Assembly (NCBI GenBank): GCA_964451515.1
Contig: CAYVIJ010000001.1
Coordinates: 212,975-276,974 of the forward strand
Origin: an uncultured Phycisphaeraceae bacterium
GTDB taxonomy: Bacteria > Planctomycetota > Phycisphaerae > Phycisphaerales > UBA1924
Length of the DNA: 64,000 nt
Reading direction: 5' to 3'
Shown piece by piece: positions 1 to 10,027 of this stretch. A program made the position numbers and the translations under genes. Positions within the stretch are counted from its first letter, which is position 1, and the number at the start of each line of letters is the position of its first letter. The notes beneath the pieces were generated by a model that saw only the letters and a program-made list of their open reading frames with translations, had not been told where the DNA came from and did not search any database.

Positions 1-317
1 TGGGCGTCGGCGCGCACGACATGCCCGCTCCGACGGGGCTTGGAACACATTGGGAGATGTGGTCGTTCGTGCGAGGCGGCGTCCCGCCGATGCGCGCGCT
101 GGAAAGCGCGACGCGGGAAGGGGCTGTCATCATCGGTGTGGAGGATGAGGTGGGGACGTTGGAGCCCGGCAAGCTCGCGGATTTCCTCGTGCTTCGCGCA
201 AATCCTCTGGACGACATTCGCAACACGACGGACATCGAGTACGTCGTCCAGAGCGGCGTCATTCGCTCGGGCGAGACACTCTCGAGAGGCTGGCCGGAAT
301 CCGACCCGAACGAGTAG
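1..317 (+). CDS. C-terminal fragment of an amidohydrolase-family (metal-dependent hydrolase) protein; its 5' end lies upstream of the window
   Basis: The ORF is open to the window edge. Its C-terminal motifs (GAVIIGVEDEVGTLEPGKLADFLVL...NPLDDI) are typical of the amidohydrolase C-terminal beta-sandwich. Confidence 0.5.
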   Translation, partial: GVGAHDMPAPTGLGTHWEMWSFVRGGVPPMRALESATREGAVIIGVEDEVGTLEPGKLADFLVLRANPLDDIRNTTDIEYVVQSGVIRSGETLSRGWPESDPNE

Positions 318-366
318 CGACATCGCACGAGCTTGACCCTGTTGCGCGAGACGAAGGAGAGATCGC

Positions 367-1200
367 ATGCGCCACGAAGTCATCTGGACCAGACGAACGT
401 TCCTGCGGAGCGCCGTCGCAGCCGCGACCATCGCTCCCTTCGGCGCCGCCGCGCTGGCCGCCGGCGCGGATGATGTCCGCTTCAAGGTCGCTATGCAGGG
501 ATACTCGCTGCAACGGCTCCATCTGCGGGCGCTCCTGGAAGCGGCGAGGGAGCTTGGCGTCGGCTCTCTGGAGCTGTACGACCGACAGCTCTCGGTCTTC
601 ATGTCGGATCATGATCGCGCTCGGGCGAAACAAGCGCTCGTCGACTTCGACATCAGTCCGATCGCGACCTACACGGATTCGTTCTCCTCCGATGAGCGGC
701 GAAACCGAGCCATCCTCGATCTCGCCGCCGACATGAAGCTGCGTCATCTCAGTTGCCGCCCCGACGACGCCTCCATGGAGATCCTCGATGGGCTCCTGTC
801 GGAATACGAGGTTGGCGTGGCGGTTCACAACACCAGTCCGCTCCCGGGGCGGTCTCCGGTGACGATCCAGGACGTCGCCACGATTCTCGAGCGGCATGAA
901 CGGCTTGACGCGTGCGTCGACGTCGGCAACTTTGCGCGAGCACGGATCGACCCCGTTGTTCCCATTCGCGAGTTCCGTGGCCGCATCCGCAGCGTGCATC
1001 TCAAGGACATCGACGGCACGGGCCGAGGCGTCGCCCTGGGTGACGGTGTGCTCGATCTTCCCGCGATCATCAACGAGTTGAGACGGGGCGGCTTTGACGG
1101 CATGCTGACCGTCGAGCATCCCAGCCGCTCGTTCGACATCCAGGGGCACATGCGCGAATTGAAGAAGGGCTTCAAGCGGCTTCAAGAATGGCTGGCATGA
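367..1200 (+). CDS. Sugar phosphate isomerase/epimerase (xylose-isomerase-like TIM barrel) with a Tat-type signal peptide
   Basis: The N-terminus RRTFLRSAVAAATIAPFGAAALAAGA is a twin-arginine signal. The body is AP-endonuclease-2/xylose-isomerase-like (HLKD...G.G), and the length is 277 aa. Confidence 0.65.
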   Translation: MRHEVIWTRRTFLRSAVAAATIAPFGAAALAAGADDVRFKVAMQGYSLQRLHLRALLEAARELGVGSLELYDRQLSVFMSDHDRARAKQALVDFDISPIATYTDSFSSDERRNRAILDLAADMKLRHLSCRPDDASMEILDGLLSEYEVGVAVHNTSPLPGRSPVTIQDVATILERHERLDACVDVGNFARARIDPVVPIREFRGRIRSVHLKDIDGTGRGVALGDGVLDLPAIINELRRGGFDGMLTVEHPSRSFDIQGHMRELKKGFKRLQEWLA

Positions 1201-1285
1201 GCTCCTTTGGGAAAGCCTGCCCTCTCAGCGGCCACGCCCCCGGAATGCCTGAAGGCCAACGACCGACAAATGATCAACCAAAAGC

Positions 1286-1374
1286 GGAGAGGGCGGGATT
1301 CGAACCCGCGGTGCCGGTTTCCCGACACGCCGCTTTAGCAAAGCGGTGCCTTCAGCCACTCGGCCACCTCTCCG
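1286..1374 (-). tRNA. tRNA-Ser: tRNA-Ser (anticodon GCT), 89 nt with a long variable arm
   Basis: The reverse complement reads GGAGAGGTGGCCGAGTGGCTGAAGGC...GCGGGTTCGAATCCCGCCCTCTCCG. The anticodon loop is TTGCTAA, the T-loop is TTCGAAT, and the acceptor stem has 7 bp. Confidence 0.85.
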
Positions 1375-1439
1375 GGAAGCCCGAGATTCTCAGGCCGCCT
1401 CCCGCCGGAGTCAACTGAGCGGGATTCCTCCGTCGAAGA

Positions 1440-2240
1440 TCAGCCGCGCCGGCGACGCAGCGCCGCCAAGGCCCCGGCCACGCCCAGGCAGACCACCGAG
1501 CCAGGCGTGGGGATGAACGTGTCGCTGAACGTGAACGTGTCGAAGGCAAAGACGTCGCTGTCGGGTGGACGCGTCAGATTCACCAGATCCACGCGCTGAA
1601 ATGGTGTCTCGGAGACGATGCCCCAGTAGAGAAAGTTCCCCTCGAGGTCGTCTCCCACCTCGGCGCCCGTCAGATCGGTGATGCGGATGGCGTCGGCCCC
1701 GTCCAGTGCGGACAGCGCCGTGTCAAATCGGATCTCGAGCACGTTCTGGACGTCGTTGACGTCGATCCCCGCGAAGCCGAACGCGCGCACGGGGCGATCG
1801 AAGGTGATCGACAGCGCTTCGCTGGGCTCGGCTTCGAGATACCACGATCCCTCCGCGCCGTATCGGCCCTGTCCGGTGGGGGTGTTGAAGGGCCCTTCCG
1901 GAAGTATTGGGCCTGCGGTCCCCTCCGCCTGAAAACGGGCTTCGGCGCCGCTGAAGGTGGCCGAGACGCCGTTCATGCTGGAAAAGAAGGGGCCCGGATC
2001 CTCATCGACCGAGCTGGTCTCAAAGCTCTCGAAGTCCGGATCAGGAACCAGGCTCAGGAACCGATCCCGGGCGTCGTTGGCGTTGACACGATCGGCGGGG
2101 GGGATGGGCGTCGTGTTCGGGTCCGCCGTAGCGTTCAGGTCGCGCCCGAAGAAAATCATGTCCGCGCGCGCATGCGAAGCCAGTCCGGCCGCGAGGAGGG
2201 CGCTGATCAGCAGATGACGCGTTCGCTCTCGAGATTCCAT
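1440..2240 (-). CDS. Secreted protein with an N-terminal signal peptide and a C-terminal PEP-CTERM-like sorting tail
   Basis: The N-terminus LLISALLAAGLASHARA is a signal peptide. The C-terminus is IPTPGSVVCLGVAGALAALRRRRG: a Pro-rich motif, then a hydrophobic helix, then an Arg cluster, at the very C-terminus. Confidence 0.6.
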   Translation of the reverse strand: MESRERTRHLLISALLAAGLASHARADMIFFGRDLNATADPNTTPIPPADRVNANDARDRFLSLVPDPDFESFETSSVDEDPGPFFSSMNGVSATFSGAEARFQAEGTAGPILPEGPFNTPTGQGRYGAEGSWYLEAEPSEALSITFDRPVRAFGFAGIDVNDVQNVLEIRFDTALSALDGADAIRITDLTGAEVGDDLEGNFLYWGIVSETPFQRVDLVNLTRPPDSDVFAFDTFTFSDTFIPTPGSVVCLGVAGALAALRRRRG

Positions 2241-2467
2241 GAGTGCTTTCTGATCTCCGATTCCCTGCGCTTCTGAAACATGCCGCGCGAATCCGGCTCC
2301 GCCACGCGCCCCTTGGGAATGAGCGTCGCCCGGGTCGGCGGAGGCGGCGTGAGCGTCAGCCTTTGTCTCTTTTCACAGGCGCGACGTCCGAGCGCATGAG
2401 AACGCCCCGCGAACGACGCGCGTGCGCTCGCGGGGCGAAGCTCTCTTTCTCCAATCCGGGCGTCGGC

Positions 2468-2809
2468 TCAGTCAGCGCCTTCGTGAGGGTCCTCGTCGGG
2501 ACCGTTCTTGAGCATCTGACGCAGATACCGGTTCTCGCGCCGGGTGGCCTCCAGGTCGAAGACGAGGTACTTGATGCTCAGACGGAGGTAGTCCAGAGAT
2601 TCCTGGAGCTGGCCGACCGTCTGCTTCATCTTCTCGTGTCGCCTCTTGGTCTCCTGGGCAAGGTTCTCCAGGCGTTCGCGTTCTCCCTCGGGCAGTTGAT
2701 CGATCTGACGGATCAGTTCGCCAAGCTTGTTCTGAAACTCCTGCTCGTTCACGGCCGAGTCCTTCCACTGTGCTGCTCTTCGATTGGACCCGCGATGGGG
2801 CACAAACAC
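2468..2809 (-). CDS. Small charged coiled-coil hypothetical protein; the start may instead be the GTG at 2752, which has an AAGGA RBS
   Basis: K/E/R-rich heptad-like sequence (ERERLENLAQETKRRHEKMKQTVGQLQESLDYLRL). The composition is diverse, unlike GC shadow ORFs. Confidence 0.4.
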   Translation of the reverse strand: MFVPHRGSNRRAAQWKDSAVNEQEFQNKLGELIRQIDQLPEGERERLENLAQETKRRHEKMKQTVGQLQESLDYLRLSIKYLVFDLEATRRENRYLRQMLKNGPDEDPHEGAD

Positions 2810-2949
2810 AGAGATACACCGGCTTTCACCTGGTTCGAAGAGAAGATTCGAACGTGGTCCGTCTGTGCGGGCTGGGCGGGGCGATCGGGAGAGCGCGACT
2901 GGGCGCCGGTGGAGCCTCGGGAGGGGAGCGCCGGCGCTCGAACGGATCT

Positions 2950-3567
2950 CTATCGGCTGGCGAGCAGGCGGCGCAGCGCCTCGACGCCCTGCGGGGGAGC
3001 GCTTCGCGCGGCCGTCTGAATCGCGTCCGGGTTCGTCCGGCGGGCCTCGGCGATGAGCGATCGCAGATGGCTCTGGCGAGCCTCGGCGAAGCGTGGGAAA
3101 AACGCCTCGAGCTCCTGGCGGTTGAAGCGGGTCAGCGGATCCGCCAACCCGGACTGCGTAGCCGCCCAGTCGATCAGCGAGGCGCCGCTTGGCTCGAAGC
3201 GGTAGAGGCGCAGCGTTTCTCTCAGGCGATCGCGGACAGGGGCGAAGGGATCGGTCGCGGCGTCCGGCAAGCGGCTGAGCGTCTGCTCAGGGGATTCGGC
3301 CTCCAGCTCATCGAGCCAGGAGGTGGGTGTGTTTGATCTTTGCTCGCTCGAACCCACCGCCGGGTTCGCGGTCTGTTCCGCCTTGCGGAGCTTCGCATAG
3401 AGCGTGGAGAGGGTCTTGACACCCACCCTCTCGAAGCGGATGCGAAGCCGCTGGGCGGCCTGGCCCTCCTGGACAACCGGCTGCGCCTCGAGCACCGTCC
3501 CGACGCCCCATTCGGGGCGATCGGCGTGCATGAGGACTTCCCCCGACCGAAACTCCATTCCGCTCAT
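2950..3567 (-). CDS. Hypothetical protein (possibly DUF3553-like at the N-terminus); the start was trimmed to ATG 3567, which has GGAG upstream
   Basis: The N-terminus after trimming is MSGMEFRSGEVLMHADRPEWGVGTVLEA. The upstream 80 aa of the raw ORF is Arg-rich junk. Confidence 0.4.
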   Translation of the reverse strand: MSGMEFRSGEVLMHADRPEWGVGTVLEAQPVVQEGQAAQRLRIRFERVGVKTLSTLYAKLRKAEQTANPAVGSSEQRSNTPTSWLDELEAESPEQTLSRLPDAATDPFAPVRDRLRETLRLYRFEPSGASLIDWAATQSGLADPLTRFNRQELEAFFPRFAEARQSHLRSLIAEARRTNPDAIQTAARSAPPQGVEALRRLLASR

Positions 3568-3821
3568 GACTGCTCCGACTCCCTGCCACAAGGCCGCCGC
3601 AACCCTCGCGCGACGCCTCCTCCGCTGAGTTGAGATGGCTCCGGCCCCCCCGGGCGCCCGAGCAGCCTCCCCAAGAAGGCTCGAGCTCGTTTGCCGGCGA
3701 ACAGGGGGGATCGTAGACTTTTCCGTTCGCCCGTGGAAGGTCGCCGCGGGACATTCCTCAGCACCGAGGCCATGGCGGGGCGCGAAGCGCCTGGTCGTGT
3801 CCACTTGGAGAGCGCGTTCGC

Positions 3822-4049
3822 ATGATCGAGGCTCTGAAGAGCGAAGAGATCGTGGAGATGGCGGGGGGGCGTTTCCGCCTCTGCGCCCTCATCCAGCGTC
3901 GTCTGGTGGAGTTGATGGAGGGCGCCCGCCCGTTGGTGGAGCGCGAGGGGCGCTCCGATCTCGAGCTCGTGGTCCAAGAAATCCTCCAGGGCAAAATCGC
4001 CCCGGAGGACTTTGAGGCGCATGAAGCCGAGCCTGAGCCGGCGCTCTGA
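3822..4049 (+). CDS. rpoZ: DNA-directed RNA polymerase subunit omega
   Basis: The protein is 75 aa. GGRFRLCALIQRRLVELMEGARPLV resembles the RpoZ core (GNRF.LV..AA.RARQL). It sits immediately upstream of coaC, the classic rpoZ-coaBC arrangement. Confidence 0.6.
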   Translation: MIEALKSEEIVEMAGGRFRLCALIQRRLVELMEGARPLVEREGRSDLELVVQEILQGKIAPEDFEAHEAEPEPAL

Positions 4050-4061
4050 GCTCCCACCTCG

Positions 4062-4682
4062 ATGTCCGCGGCGAACCACCCCAGGATGAGCGGCGACGGC
4101 GAGCCGGGTCCCTTCGCCGGGACGCGAGTGATCGTCGGTGTGAGCGGGGGGATCGCAGCGTATAAGTCGGCCACGCTTGTGAGCCGGCTGGCGCAGGGGG
4201 GCGCGGAGGTCACCGTCCTGATGACCGACGCGGCGACGAAATTCGTCACGCCGCTGACTTTCCAGGCGCTCTCGGCGCGGCCCGTCTACACCTCGCAGTG
4301 GGAACACGTGGAGTCGAAGGATCCGCAGCACATCGCGCTGGCGCGCGGCGCCGATGCGGCAGTGATCGCTCCCTGCACCATGGACGTGATGGCGCGGCTC
4401 GCGACGGGCATGGTCTCCGACGTCGTGACCCTGGTCCTGAGCGCGGTGAACCGCGCTGAAACCCCCGTTCTGCTGGCTCCCTCGATGAATGAGGTGATGT
4501 GGCGCCAACCCTCGACTCAGCGCAACGTCGCGACCCTGCGGGAGGATGGCTTCGAGTTCGTCGGCCCCGCCGCCGGATGGCAGGCGTGCCGGGCGGTGGG
4601 TCCCGGGCGCATGAGCGAGCCGGAGGAGATTCTCGAAGCGCTCGCGGATCTGTTGAAGCGGCGCCGCGCGGCGGCGCCCTAA
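4062..4682 (+). CDS. coaC: Phosphopantothenoylcysteine decarboxylase flavoprotein (stand-alone CoaC domain; no CoaB domain)
   Basis: VIVGVSGGIAAYKSATLVSRL is the flavoprotein FMN-binding motif. PLTFQALS and MNEVMW match the HFCD family. Confidence 0.8.
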   Translation: MSAANHPRMSGDGEPGPFAGTRVIVGVSGGIAAYKSATLVSRLAQGGAEVTVLMTDAATKFVTPLTFQALSARPVYTSQWEHVESKDPQHIALARGADAAVIAPCTMDVMARLATGMVSDVVTLVLSAVNRAETPVLLAPSMNEVMWRQPSTQRNVATLREDGFEFVGPAAGWQACRAVGPGRMSEPEEILEALADLLKRRRAAAP

Positions 4683-5245
4683 TTGAATGAGACCTTCGGC
4701 GCCTCGCGCGCCGCGGGCTCCTCGAGCTCGAAATACTCACGAGGCTGGAAATTGAACGCCGCGGCGGCGAGCGTGGTCGGGAAGGTCTGGCGCGCCGTCT
4801 CGTAGGCGCGGACCGCCTCGTTGTACGCCGCTCGGGTGGACTGGATCTTGTCTTCCGTCCGAGCCAGCTCCTGCTGGAGGCTCAGGAAGTTCTCGTTGGC
4901 GCGGAGCTGCGGATACGACTCCGCCAGCGCGAAGAGGCGCCCGAGCGCGGCGGTGAGCATCCCCTCCGCCTCCGCCTGCTCCTTCGGCCCCGACGCCTGC
5001 ACCGCCCGCGTGCGCGCGGCCGTCACCTCCTCAAGCGTCTCGCGCTCGTGCGAGGCGGCCCCCTTGACCGTCTCCACCAGATTCGGGATCAGATCGTGCC
5101 GGCGCTTCAGCGTCACGTCGATCTGAGACCAGGCGTTCTCGCATGCGACACGCCGGCGCACCAGCGCATTGTACATCCCGACGAAGAGCAGCAGCGATCC
5201 GACGAATACAGCGGCGATCACGACGCCGACGATGAATGAGCTCAT
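4679..5245 (-). CDS. LemA family protein
   Basis: There is an N-terminal TM helix. Then come YNALVRRRVACENAWSQIDVTLKRRHDLIPNLVETVKG...ESYPQLRANENFLSLQQEL, which is diagnostic for LemA. Confidence 0.8.
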   Translation of the reverse strand: MSSFIVGVVIAAVFVGSLLLFVGMYNALVRRRVACENAWSQIDVTLKRRHDLIPNLVETVKGAASHERETLEEVTAARTRAVQASGPKEQAEAEGMLTAALGRLFALAESYPQLRANENFLSLQQELARTEDKIQSTRAAYNEAVRAYETARQTFPTTLAAAAFNFQPREYFELEEPAAREAPKVSFN

Positions 5246-6345
5246 ACGGGGCTCCTTCTCACAAGGACCATCTCTTCGCTAGCATGACCGCTTCGTCCGA
5301 ACTTTGCATGTCTCAATCAACGATCCCGATGACACGAGAGACGCTTCCACCCGCTCCACTCACTTTCCGCGAGCTTGCTGCGGATCTGCTCTGGCCCAAG
5401 CTCCTCGCCGCCACCGCGATGGGCTTCCGACCCGCCTCGATTGGGCTCGCCTTTCTGCTCGTCGTCTCGCTCATGGCGGTGGGGGAGGCGTTCGACGCGA
5501 TCCACGGCGCTCTGGCGGATGTCCAGACGCCCGTCTTCGCAGCCTTGGCGTCCTCGCCCTCGGCGGAGCTCGCAACGCGCGCGATGGCGCTGATCTCGGC
5601 GCATCCCATCGCCTCGACGCTGCTGGGGCTGCTGCTGCTGCCAGTCTGGTGCCTCTTCGGGCTGGCGATGTGTCGCCTGATGGTGACGGACGCGGGCATG
5701 ACCCTCCGCCTCTCGGCGCCGGAAGGGCTCGGCTTCGCCCTGCCCCGCCTCGGCAGCGCGATTGGCGCCTATCTGATCCCGTTGATCTTCGCGGCGGCGC
5801 TGGCGCTGCTGGCGTGGTTGGTGGGCTTGCTGGGCGCTCTTCCCCTTGTGGATGTCGTCGGCGCGCTGCTGCATTCTCTCGTTCTCGCGTTCTCGGCTCT
5901 CATCGTCCTGTTGCTGGTCGCCCTGGCGATCGGGAGCCCGCTGCTGCTGCCCGCGATCGCGGCTGAGTCCGCCGACGCGTTCGACGCCGTCCAGCGCGCC
6001 TACGCCTACGTCCTCGGGCGGACGGGGCGATTTCTGCTGTACGCCCTCGTCGCCGCGGCTCTGCTGGTTGTGACGTCGCTGGCGATTCAATGGATTGGGG
6101 CAACGACGCTTCTGCTGGCGGAGAGGCTCGCGTCCGGACCGTCGGAGTCGTCACCCTCGGCGAGCGTGGCGGAGTCAATCCGCGCGATCTGGACGAGCGC
6201 CTTTCGCGCCCTGATCGGCGCGATCATCGTCAGCGTCTTCTTCTCCCTCTCCTCGACGCTCCTTCTGCTTTGCCGGCGCGTGAACGATGAGCAGGATCTC
6301 TCCGATATCTGGATGCCGACCGACCCCGACGGCGCGCGCCGATGA
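5236..6345 (+). CDS. Multi-pass membrane protein, hypothetical (the start may be internal)
   Basis: There are several long hydrophobic segments. It is divergent from lemA. Confidence 0.4.
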   Translation: MSSYGAPSHKDHLFASMTASSELCMSQSTIPMTRETLPPAPLTFRELAADLLWPKLLAATAMGFRPASIGLAFLLVVSLMAVGEAFDAIHGALADVQTPVFAALASSPSAELATRAMALISAHPIASTLLGLLLLPVWCLFGLAMCRLMVTDAGMTLRLSAPEGLGFALPRLGSAIGAYLIPLIFAAALALLAWLVGLLGALPLVDVVGALLHSLVLAFSALIVLLLVALAIGSPLLLPAIAAESADAFDAVQRAYAYVLGRTGRFLLYALVAAALLVVTSLAIQWIGATTLLLAERLASGPSESSPSASVAESIRAIWTSAFRALIGAIIVSVFFSLSSTLLLLCRRVNDEQDLSDIWMPTDPDGARR

Positions 6346-6626
6346 CGCGCCTTCGGCGCGAGACCGCTGAGCAGATGCGCCTCGCCATCGCGGGGTTTCT
6401 CGCCGAGCAGGGCGTCGCGACGCTCACGCTGCGGCGGACGGACGGCTCCGAGGCGCGCCTCGGCGCGCGCGAGACCGATCTGCCCGGACGCCTGCGCGAA
6501 GTCGAGGTTGGCGAACTCGTTGTCTCCGATCGTTCGCTGCTGATCCGCTTTGAGGGCGCGAGGGCGACGATTCACACCGATGACCCGGCGCTGGCAGAAG
6601 CCGCCCGCGCGCTGCGGTCGGCTTAG
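6342..6626 (+). CDS. Small hypothetical protein
   Basis: Its start (ATGA) overlaps the stop of the upstream gene. There are no recognisable motifs. Confidence 0.3.
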   Translation: MTRLRRETAEQMRLAIAGFLAEQGVATLTLRRTDGSEARLGARETDLPGRLREVEVGELVVSDRSLLIRFEGARATIHTDDPALAEAARALRSA

Positions 6627-9600
6627 ACCCCCGCAAGCGCTTCCGCATCCCGCCGGAAGCGCTTGCGGAGGACGCGCAGCAGCGTTTCGGGCTCGAGATA
6701 CGGCGTCGGTGGGCGGAAGAAGAGCTCCGTGAGCCCGTCCTCGCTCCGCTCCGCGCCCCCCGGACGGATCACCCGCAACGTCCCCGGCGCGCTCTCAAGC
6801 GCCTCCTGCACGGGCGTGGGCTCCTCGCAGCGCAGGATCACGTCCGGCGTCTTCACCACGATCGAGCGCACGCCAAGCGCGCTGGCGTCGATGCGCAGCG
6901 CTGCGAGCGCGAGGAGTCGCTCGGCGGTGGGAGGCGGCTCGCCGTAGGCGTCGGTCAGATCCCGCTCGACCTTCTCGAGCTCCTCCCGCGTCGTCGCCTG
7001 AGCGATGCGTCGATAGGCCTCCATCCGGCGCGTGTCGGATGGGATATACGGCTTGGGGATCGATCCGGTGAGTCCGATTTCGATGGTCGTCTCGCTCGGC
7101 GCGCGATGCTCCTCATGCTTGAGCTCGCGCACGGACCGCTCGAGCAGTCGGCAGTACATGTCGTAGCCGACCGCGGCGATGTGCCCCGATTGCTCCTTGC
7201 CCAACAGATTGCCCGCGCCCCGGATCTCGAGATCCCGCATCGCGATCTTGAAGCCGGCGCCCAGCATGCTGAACTCCTCGATCGCCTTGAGCCGGCGCTT
7301 GGCGGTCTTCGAGACGGTCCGCGTCACGGGAAGGAGCAGGTAGCAGTAAGCGCGATGCTTGTGGCGTCCAACCCGCCCGCGGAGCTGATGCAGGTCGGCG
7401 AGGCCGAAGCGGTCGGCGTCATTGATGATCATGGTGTTGGCGGTGGGGATGTCGATTCCGGACTCGATGATCGTGGTGCAAACCAGAATGTCCGCCTCGC
7501 GCCGCACGAACTTCAGCATCACCTCCTCGAGCTCGCGACCTGACATCTGGCCGTGTCCCACAAGCACGCGCGCATCGGGCGCGAGCTTCCGAACATCCTC
7601 CGCGACGCTCCGAATGTTGTGCACCCGATTATGCACGAAGAAGACCTGCCCATCGCGGTTCAATTCCCGGGCGATGGCTTGGCGCAGCCGCTTCTCGTTG
7701 TAGGGGATGACCTCCGTGACGATTGATCGTCGGTCCAGCGGGGGCGTCGCGAGGGAGCTGATGTCCCGGATGCCCAGCAGCGACATGTGCAGCGTTCGCG
7801 GGATGGGCGTGGCGCTCAGCGTGAGAACGTCGACCGTCGTGCGCAGGGAGAGCAGCGTCTGCTTGTGCTCGACACCGAAGCGCTGCTCCTCATCGACGAT
7901 GACAAGACCGAGATCGGCGAACTTCACGTCCCGCGAGAGCAGGCGATGGGTGCCAATCAGGATGTCCACGCGCCCCTTCGCCGCCTCCTCCAAAAGCAGC
8001 CGCGCCTCCCCGGGCGATTTGAAGCGCGAGATCGATTCGATGCGGAAGGGATAGTCGGCGAAGCGCTCCCGGAACGTGCGCTCGTGCTGCTCGGCCAGCA
8101 CGGTCGTCGGCGCCAGCGCGGCCACCTGCCTGCCGTATTCCGCCGCCTTGAACGCGGCGCGGATGGCGAGCTCCGTCTTGCCGTAGCCGACGTCGCCGCA
8201 GAGGAGCCGGTCCATCGGCCGGCCCTGCTGCATGTCGCGCTTGATCTCGCCGAGAGCGGCGACCTGATCGTCCGTCTCCTCGTACGGAAACTCCGCCTCG
8301 AACTCCTTCTGCCAGGCGGTGTCGGCGGGATAGCGAATCCCCGGCAGATGCTCGCGCGCCGCCTGGATGCGCAGCATCTCCGCCGCGAGATCGCGCACCG
8401 CCTCCTGCACCTGCTCCTTCTGCTTTGCCCAGCGCTTCCCGCCCAGCGTCGAAAGCGGGGGATGGCCGCGGAAGCCACCGACGTACTTCTGCACCTTTTC
8501 GATCTGATCGACGGGCACATGCAGCTTCGCGCTCGCCGCGAACTCGAGCGTCAGAAACTCCTCGGTTCCCGCCTCCTTGTCCCCCTTGCGCCGCTTCATC
8601 CGCTTCAGCCCGGCGAATCGGGCGATGCCGTGATCGGCGTGGACAACGTAATCCCCCTCCTCGAGCTCGAGGAACGTGTCCATCGCGCGCCCGGCGCGCA
8701 GGCGGCGAATGCGCCGGCGCGACTGATAGCGATGCAGCAGCTCGTGATGCGGCGCAAAGGCGATCGGCCGCTCGCCCTCAAGCCAGACAAACCCGTGGTG
8801 AAGGCGTCCGATGACGGCTTCGATTGGATCGGGATCGGCCCGATCGGGCTTGAACTCGCGCACCAGCTCCCCGAAGCGCGCGAGCTCCGCCTCGGAATCA
8901 CACACGACGATCACGCGCCCCGCCTCCGCCTCCTCGAACAGCTCGACGACTGCATCGGAAACGGTTGTTGAGAATCCGCGCAGCGCGCCCACAGGCAACT
9001 CCAGGCGCACGTCGGCGCCCGGCGCGCCCTTGCTGAACTGGTTCACCTCGGCGAAGGCGTGAAACCGCTCCTGGAGCAGCTTCAGGATCGCCGGGGGGCC
9101 GAGCACGGCGTCCCCCATCGCGCGTTCGAAGTAGCCGCGCCCCTGCTCCGTGACCTCCATCGTTTCGTGAAGGATCGCCACCGCGGTCTCGGGCATCAGC
9201 TCGAGCGGGCTCGGGCCGTCGCTGCGCGAGCGAATGGCTTCGGCGTCGGTCGTGACGAGCTCCAGCGACGTAAGCGCGCGGTCGGAGCCCATCGTCTCGA
9301 GATCGATCTCCGCGATCGACTCCAGCTCGTCGCCGAAGAAATCCAGCCGCACGGGCGCGCTGGCGAACTCGCCCTCCCCACGCTCGCCGGGCGTGGGCGC
9401 GAAGAGATCGATGATGCCGCCCCGGACCGCGTAGTCCCCTGGCTCCTCGATGGCGTCGACGCGCTTGTATCCGGCGCCGTCAAGCCAGCGGACGAGCTCC
9501 TCCGGAGCATGCTCCTCCCCTGTGCGCAGCGGCTTGGTCAGCGCGGCGAGGTCCTCGGGCCTCGCCGAGCGCTGCATGAGCGCATGGATCGGGCAGACGA

Positions 9601-9964
9601 GGACGCATGCCTCGCCGACCCCGCCCTCCGCGATGCGACGCAGGAGCGAGAACCGCTCCGCAAGCAGATCGAGGCTGACGCTCGACTCGCCGGGCGAGAG
9701 CTCGAGTGCGCACAGGCGATGCGCCTCGACGCCCAGCCGATCGAGCTCGTCCACAGCGTCGTCCGCTTCGTCCAGGTGGGCGACGACGAGAACGACCGGG
9801 CGGTTGAGAATCCGGGCCGTCGCCCCCGCCAGGAGGGCTGTCGAGGAGCCCTGCGAGCCCTCCGCCGCGACCGAGCGGCCCGCGTCAAGGGCTTCCGCGA
9901 AGGCGCGCACGGAGGCTGACTCAGCGGGGATGTGCAGGAGCGTTTGCGGATCGATCTGGCGCAT
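6623..9964 (-). CDS. mfd: Transcription-repair coupling factor
   Basis: The protein is 1113 aa with UvrB-homology, a DEAD-box helicase core (GDVGYGKTE, DEEQRFGV), a helicase C domain and a TRCF C-terminus. Confidence 0.95.
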   Translation of the reverse strand: MRQIDPQTLLHIPAESASVRAFAEALDAGRSVAAEGSQGSSTALLAGATARILNRPVVLVVAHLDEADDAVDELDRLGVEAHRLCALELSPGESSVSLDLLAERFSLLRRIAEGGVGEACVLVCPIHALMQRSARPEDLAALTKPLRTGEEHAPEELVRWLDGAGYKRVDAIEEPGDYAVRGGIIDLFAPTPGERGEGEFASAPVRLDFFGDELESIAEIDLETMGSDRALTSLELVTTDAEAIRSRSDGPSPLELMPETAVAILHETMEVTEQGRGYFERAMGDAVLGPPAILKLLQERFHAFAEVNQFSKGAPGADVRLELPVGALRGFSTTVSDAVVELFEEAEAGRVIVVCDSEAELARFGELVREFKPDRADPDPIEAVIGRLHHGFVWLEGERPIAFAPHHELLHRYQSRRRIRRLRAGRAMDTFLELEEGDYVVHADHGIARFAGLKRMKRRKGDKEAGTEEFLTLEFAASAKLHVPVDQIEKVQKYVGGFRGHPPLSTLGGKRWAKQKEQVQEAVRDLAAEMLRIQAAREHLPGIRYPADTAWQKEFEAEFPYEETDDQVAALGEIKRDMQQGRPMDRLLCGDVGYGKTELAIRAAFKAAEYGRQVAALAPTTVLAEQHERTFRERFADYPFRIESISRFKSPGEARLLLEEAAKGRVDILIGTHRLLSRDVKFADLGLVIVDEEQRFGVEHKQTLLSLRTTVDVLTLSATPIPRTLHMSLLGIRDISSLATPPLDRRSIVTEVIPYNEKRLRQAIARELNRDGQVFFVHNRVHNIRSVAEDVRKLAPDARVLVGHGQMSGRELEEVMLKFVRREADILVCTTIIESGIDIPTANTMIINDADRFGLADLHQLRGRVGRHKHRAYCYLLLPVTRTVSKTAKRRLKAIEEFSMLGAGFKIAMRDLEIRGAGNLLGKEQSGHIAAVGYDMYCRLLERSVRELKHEEHRAPSETTIEIGLTGSIPKPYIPSDTRRMEAYRRIAQATTREELEKVERDLTDAYGEPPPTAERLLALAALRIDASALGVRSIVVKTPDVILRCEEPTPVQEALESAPGTLRVIRPGGAERSEDGLTELFFRPPTPYLEPETLLRVLRKRFRRDAEALAGV

Positions 9965-10027
9965 GAGCGAACGCCGCGGAGCGTATTTCCGCGGTCATCA
10001 ACGGTTCATCGAGACGACGACTGTAGG

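Noticed and set aside
3564-4508. 314-aa minus-strand ORF spanning rpoZ and coaC
   Set aside because: It is antisense to two well-supported genes and has His/Arg-rich junk composition.
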